From positions 1,024,001 through 1,088,000 of the forward strand of contig OZ240211.1 in the NCBI GenBank assembly GCA_965197525.1: a stretch of 64,000 nucleotides of DNA. Reading direction: 5' to 3'. Source of the DNA: Nitrosopumilus sp. (GTDB taxonomy: Archaea > Thermoproteota > Nitrososphaeria > Nitrososphaerales > Nitrosopumilaceae). This document shows, in pieces, positions 60,353-64,000 of the stretch; positions within the stretch are counted from its first letter, which is position 1; every line of letters starts with the position of its first letter. The notes below the pieces were generated by a model. That model was given only the letters and a program-made list of their open reading frames with translations. It was not told where the DNA came from and did no database searches. The position numbers and the translations under genes were made by a program.

Positions 60353-60832
60353 TAAAAACGTAATTGTTAACCACGTCTTCGCATATGTTATGTATAGACA
60401 TCCTCAAAACGTCTACGCATTGCATTCGTTACATGACTTGGTATTCTAGTAGGACATTACCATTGGATGATTTCTCAGATGACTTAACTTCACGATACAT
60501 CAAATACACGTCTGCAATTAGAGTAGTTCAAAGACGAATCTAATCTTTGAAATTCTGGCATAAAATAAATATTTAAAAAAAAATAAAGTGCCCTACATAC
60601 TAGTACTTTCTTTTTTCATGGTAAAGCATTGGACCTCTATCGTCGTCGTCATAATCACGTTCACGAATAATACGAGGATACCAACCACTTGTTTGACTTT
60701 GTAACACGGTTTTTTGCATACTGTACGTTCAAAGATATAGGTATTAACTATAATTTTGTTAATATCATTAATAATACTAGTTTAGTTTATACAATTAATA
60801 ATATTAAAATAAATGATATCTGAGGATTAGAC

Positions 60833-61567
60833 ATGACTGACAATCTTAGAATTCACATAGTTCCGATAGGGTATGATACCACAAGGGTTACAGAACCGCT
60901 GATAAGCAAAAAGGCAGACAGGGCTTATTTTATCCGACATAGTGGGGATGAGGAGTCAAGTTACTATGACTATATCAAAAGAGAGCTGGATGGCAAGGGA
61001 ATTGAGATTCGCGAAGAGTTCGTTGATATCTGGAACCTGTTTGAATGTATTCAAAAATTCAAAGAGATTGTAAGTCGCGACCATGGGAATCATTTCTATG
61101 TCAACGTGTCTACCGGCTCTAAAATTACTGCAATGGCAGGAATGTTGACATCCATGCTGACATCAGATGTCGAGCCGTATTATGTCCATATAGTGTACTC
61201 GCCTCAAAAGATCAAAAAAGAGATCAAGGGGGATACAGTAAAGAAGAGTAGTGAGCTGCCTGTGTTTGGGATAAACCAGCCTCCTGAAGAGTATCTGGCA
61301 GTGTTAGGGTTATTAGATGAACAAGAGGGCATGAAGAAGTCAAGACTGATTGAGAGTTTGGAGGAGCAAAGGATAATCGAGCAGAGGGATACTAGTAAGA
61401 CAGAGTTCTCAGAGCATGCAAAGCACAGTCAGTTGCGTGCAATGCTTGACCCGATGGAGAGGGTTTGGAAGTTTGTAAAGATCGAGGGAAAGGGTAAGAA
61501 GAGTAGGGTAAGGAGAACACCGCAGGGAAGTTTTGCGTTAGAGATGTTTGGTAAAACAAATGTTTGA
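60833..61567 (+). CDS. DUF6293/HFX_2341-like CARF-like + wHTH regulator
   Basis: IHIVPIGYD, FYVNVSTGSK; C-terminal wHTH ending RVRRTPQG. Confidence 0.75.
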   Translation: MTDNLRIHIVPIGYDTTRVTEPLISKKADRAYFIRHSGDEESSYYDYIKRELDGKGIEIREEFVDIWNLFECIQKFKEIVSRDHGNHFYVNVSTGSKITAMAGMLTSMLTSDVEPYYVHIVYSPQKIKKEIKGDTVKKSSELPVFGINQPPEEYLAVLGLLDEQEGMKKSRLIESLEEQRIIEQRDTSKTEFSEHAKHSQLRAMLDPMERVWKFVKIEGKGKKSRVRRTPQGSFALEMFGKTNV

Positions 61568-61590
61568 GATGCAGAATTTGGTATTACATA

Positions 61591-62675
61591 GAGTGGCGTC
61601 ATTAAGTCTTTGCAATTGCTTTTCTGAACATATACTGTTCAATATTCTGATTGAATGTAGCGGTTCTTAGATATATCATTGCGGCTCGTGCACGGTCACT
61701 AACATGTTCATGGTGTTCATACATGAAAGGTTGAATCTTTAACTGGTGCCAACATTCTTCAATTGCATTAAATTCAGGACATCCTGTAGGCAAATACATT
61801 ATTCGCAGTCTAGAACTGTTTGCTTTTACAAATTTTTTAAACTTTTTTGTTTTATGTTGGGGTGCTGCATCCATTACAATGGCTACCTTGTCAGATAGTT
61901 CCAATAGTTTTTTGACAAATTTGAGAAACGTCGGACCGTTGAATTTTTTTTTCTGTAAAAAATATTGATGTGAGTCTGATATTGCACCATAAATTACACG
62001 TCTCTGATGATCTCCAAAATAAACTCGGAGTATTTTTTGACCCACCGGCGACCATGGACCGCGCTTTGTGACATAGTCATGCATCAATATTGATTCATCC
62101 TGTACATACAGCTCAAAACCGTCCCGTTTTACGCATGAAATCCACCGTTTTAGGGATTTTTGCCACTCTTCTATCTGTTCACTAGATGCCTTGTTTTTGT
62201 GTGTGGAATCAGGTACCTTTGGAGTAAAGTTACGACGACGCAATATGTCACGTATTCCAGATTCGGTGTATTTTACTCCTGTATCTTTTTTTATTTTATA
62301 TACAAGCTGCTTTGGAAAAATACCGTTTTTGACATTTGTTAAAAATTCTGTAATCTTATGATTGGCTATTTTTGGCGGGCGTCCAGATCTTGGTTTCTCA
62401 TACAATCCTACAACTCCAAATTCTTTAAATCGCATAACCCAATTTTTAATTGTGTTGTAAGATTTGTAAAACAGCTGTGCGATTGTTGAAATCGTTTCAT
62501 CTTCCTCTACGACATTTAACACTGCAAGCATTCGTTCTTTTGCCTTTGAGTTTAATTCCCTCTTATATACACATATTAATTCCACATTCTGGTTTTCCAC
62601 GATGGGCGATAAATGTTTCAAGCTATAAATGTTTCTAGTGTTTTTGAAAATTGCAAAGACTTTTTGACGTCACTC
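61591..62675 (-). mobile_element. IS630-family insertion sequence
   Basis: 27-bp TIRs 61591-61617 and 62649-62675 (3 mismatches), flanked by TA at 61589-90 and 62676-77. Confidence 0.92.
61602..62621 (-). CDS. IS630 transposase
   Basis: GRPPK, QDES, MDAAPQH, PEFNAIEECW. Confidence 0.92.
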   Translation of the reverse strand: MKHLSPIVENQNVELICVYKRELNSKAKERMLAVLNVVEEDETISTIAQLFYKSYNTIKNWVMRFKEFGVVGLYEKPRSGRPPKIANHKITEFLTNVKNGIFPKQLVYKIKKDTGVKYTESGIRDILRRRNFTPKVPDSTHKNKASSEQIEEWQKSLKRWISCVKRDGFELYVQDESILMHDYVTKRGPWSPVGQKILRVYFGDHQRRVIYGAISDSHQYFLQKKKFNGPTFLKFVKKLLELSDKVAIVMDAAPQHKTKKFKKFVKANSSRLRIMYLPTGCPEFNAIEECWHQLKIQPFMYEHHEHVSDRARAAMIYLRTATFNQNIEQYMFRKAIAKT

Positions 62676-62800
62676 TAAGAAGATCAAAAATAGAGATGTA
62701 AAACAAGAGACGATGTATTGTCATTTGAAGTAATTAGATATGTGTAGAGTTATCTGTATGTAGTCTGTATCATTTTTTGCAACATCAATGTCAGCAAATA

Positions 62801-63025
62801 TCATACCGGGTTGTTAACAGTATCTATGTTTGCATATCTAATAATCTTTCCAGAGTTTGCATCTATTTGCATTTCTTTGAGATGCCGGCTCAAAAAACCA
62901 ATATCAAAGATAATGCACCAGATATTATTTTTCAGACTTGATGACTCCAAATTCATTGTGCTATGACGGTCTTTTAGAAACTCTTCTGCGATTTGTACTG
63001 CATTTTCCAGATCGTATTGTACCAT
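62801..63025 (-). CDS. PepSY-like small protein
   Basis: AVQIAEEFL..W…IDANSGKII; probable ATG 63025. Confidence 0.55.
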   Translation of the reverse strand: MVQYDLENAVQIAEEFLKDRHSTMNLESSSLKNNIWCIIFDIGFLSRHLKEMQIDANSGKIIRYANIDTVNNPV

Positions 63026-63325
63026 AAATGAAACCATGACATGACAGAATAAATTCTTTGTTTGAAACCGGCAAATCCAAATGCGGAATTTATCCGTTTC
63101 AAACATATCAAAACCGTAAAGATGTAAAGCCTTCGGCTAGTATGGAATCCAACCTTTAATCAAAAAACTACCCAATTGCAAAAATACCAGATCTGCTCCC
63201 AACACCAAGAATGCCTGGTGTCTAGAAAACACGAGCCATAATATTGAATTCTTTGATCACATATTATTTGAAGTAATCTCTCCCACAGCCATATCGCCAT
63301 TCATAAAGCTGTATTTTTTTATCAA

Positions 63326-64000
63326 ATGGTAAAAAAACGATCTTTTGCTGTTTTTAAGAATAGACCCGGTCGGAAAATCAATGGCAGACAGTTCCTTCTT
63401 TTCCTTGAGACTACCGGAGACATACAGTATTTCATATCCACGGTACTACAAAAAACCCTTGGACTAACTTCAAAAAGGGCAGATTCGATTGCAGAATCTT
63501 TTCCATCCGTAGAATCATTAACATAAACAACTTGCCGCGATCTATGTATTTGCGGTTATCATACTGGAGTCTGCATTCGTTTGAACTGTAAGATTTTTTA
63601 GTACCATGTTTGCTTGGTTTGTCTGGAGAGGATGTGTTTTTGGTCATTTGGTAAAAAAACGATCTTTTGCTGTTTTTAAGAATAGACCCGGTCGGAAAAT
63701 CAATGGCAGACAGTGAGACTACCGGAGACATACAGATCACTTAATCTTTTCCATCCGTAGAATCATTAACATCATTTGATCATAATACGAAAAATCTGAT
63801 CACAGCAGATGGTAAGGAGATCAAGCTGAATAAACAGAGAATAGAACATCTGGAAAAAGTCAAAGCCATAATTAACCCCAAAGCGGATCTTGCAGAAAAC
63901 TGGATAAGGTTTACCGCACACCATAGTACAAGCAAATTCATGAAGAACATATCAAAATTGAAGCTTGATGACATAAACATGAATCCATTTCTCATAAAAG
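63326..64000 (+). pseudogene. Disrupted HhH-containing, restriction-endonuclease-like gene (3' partial)
   Basis: 5' part 63326-63526 and 3' part open 63745-64000 join at a duplicated SFPSVESLT; KLKLDDINMNPFLIK resembles EcoO109I/PmeII-type N-termini. Confidence 0.45.
63522..63647 (-). mobile_element. 126-bp fragment of the IS5 transposase 5' end
   Basis: 123/126 identical to 40156-40281; starts at the transposase ATG. Confidence 0.92.

Noticed and set aside
60600-60719. 39-aa minus-strand ORF with upstream TTATAA
   Set aside because: Plausible but too short to support without homology or expression data

Overview
Archaeal chromosome segment, most consistent with Nitrosopumilaceae (Thaumarchaeota). 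The high IS load and perfect repeat expansions in core genes suggest a host-associated lineage (inference). Most of the window is housekeeping: pyrK/pyrD, nop5-fibrillarin, rnhB, trm1, rlmE, TFEbeta/RPC34-like, apt/mtnP, top6AB, Dim2/Rio1, aIF2beta, uppS, pyrF, purA, radA, rlmN, Sua5, THUMP, Cgi121, S17e, TatD, histone, PMM, thiL, mtnA, PGI/PMI, tRNA-Cys and tRNA-Thr. Accessory DNA is interspersed. The best lead is a transposase-less cassette (5182-6818) carrying a large TnpB with an intact RuvC triad. It is bounded by 25-bp imperfect terminal inverted repeats and an 8-bp target duplication, a DDE-type (IS1595/IS1-like) architecture not expected for TnpB elements. Also present: two different IS5-family elements stacked at one 8-bp target just upstream of the radA promoter; two intact IS630 elements; a template-switch-like inverted duplication; a 38-bp repeat pair next to a wHTH-HNH gene; and a right-end defence-like cluster (Panacea-like/RelE pair, CARF-like wHTH regulator, disrupted restriction-endonuclease-like gene). 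All family assignments come from motif recognition by eye; no database search was run.
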